From a virus (taxonomy: Duplodnaviria > Heunggongvirae > Uroviricota > Caudoviricetes): a DNA stretch of 12,599 bases. The translations under genes were made by a program, and so were the position numbers. The notes beneath the pieces are model-generated. The model searched no databases and was not told the DNA's origin. It worked only from the letters and a program-made list of their open reading frames with translations. Numbering within the stretch: position 1 is the stretch's first letter; the number at the start of each line of letters is the position of its first letter. Positions 12,477 to 12,599 of the stretch are shown here, piece after piece. Where the stretch lies: positions 1-12,599 of the IMG/VR virus record IMGVR_UViG_3300050007_000314; one strand, written 5' to 3'.

Positions 12477-12522
12477 ATAAAGTTGTTGACATTGTGTTTC
12501 ACCACAACTAAATTACAACTTA
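12477..12522 (+). promoter_or_regulatory. PL/OL-like promoter-operator: plus-strand promoter pointing out of the window, overlapped by repressor half-sites
   Basis: -35 TTGACA (12486-12491), 17-bp spacer, -10 TAAATT (12509-12514). Half-site copies overlap it: ATAAAGTTGTTG (12477-12488), ACAACTA (12504-12510), ACAACTT (12515-12521). ACATAAAGTTGT occurs here and in the OR region. Confidence 0.5.
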
Positions 12523-12599
12523 AAGGTGTTAACCAACAGCGAACAGGCAGGACGCACATGAAGTAGCCGCCGGTGGCATATGAATAACCGGATGATTCC

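Noticed and set aside
1-12599. tRNA/rRNA genes or an attachment site with integrase
   Set aside because: No region with recognisable tRNA cloverleaf features or rRNA-like conservation was seen by eye; the window appears to lie wholly inside the prophage, so no att site or integrase is expected. A tRNAscan-type search was not possible.

Overview
This window is a contiguous stretch of a lambdoid-type enterobacterial prophage, with nearly every gene on the minus strand and only the cI-like repressor on the plus strand. Reading right to left it runs: a PL/OL-like promoter-operator, an AT-rich accessory gene, the cI-like repressor, the OR region, a cro-like gene, a cII/YdaT-like regulator, a replication initiator with embedded iterons, a Nin-like block (Dam methyltransferase, RusA, antirepressor-like protein, a 173-aa unknown, a DUF968-like protein), a Q-like putative antiterminator, a late regulatory interval with a promoter and two terminators around a small moron-like ORF, the lysis cassette (two holin-like proteins, GH19 endolysin, overlapped spanins), an HNH endonuclease, and terS/terL. 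The most interesting element is the 293-aa accessory protein (11540-12421) in the slot that rexAB occupies in lambda: it combines TerB-like repeats with a C-terminal BRCT-like domain and is a candidate undescribed exclusion or defense factor. All calls rest on reading the sequence and recalled family signatures; no database search was run. No tRNA, rRNA or CRISPR array was recognised.
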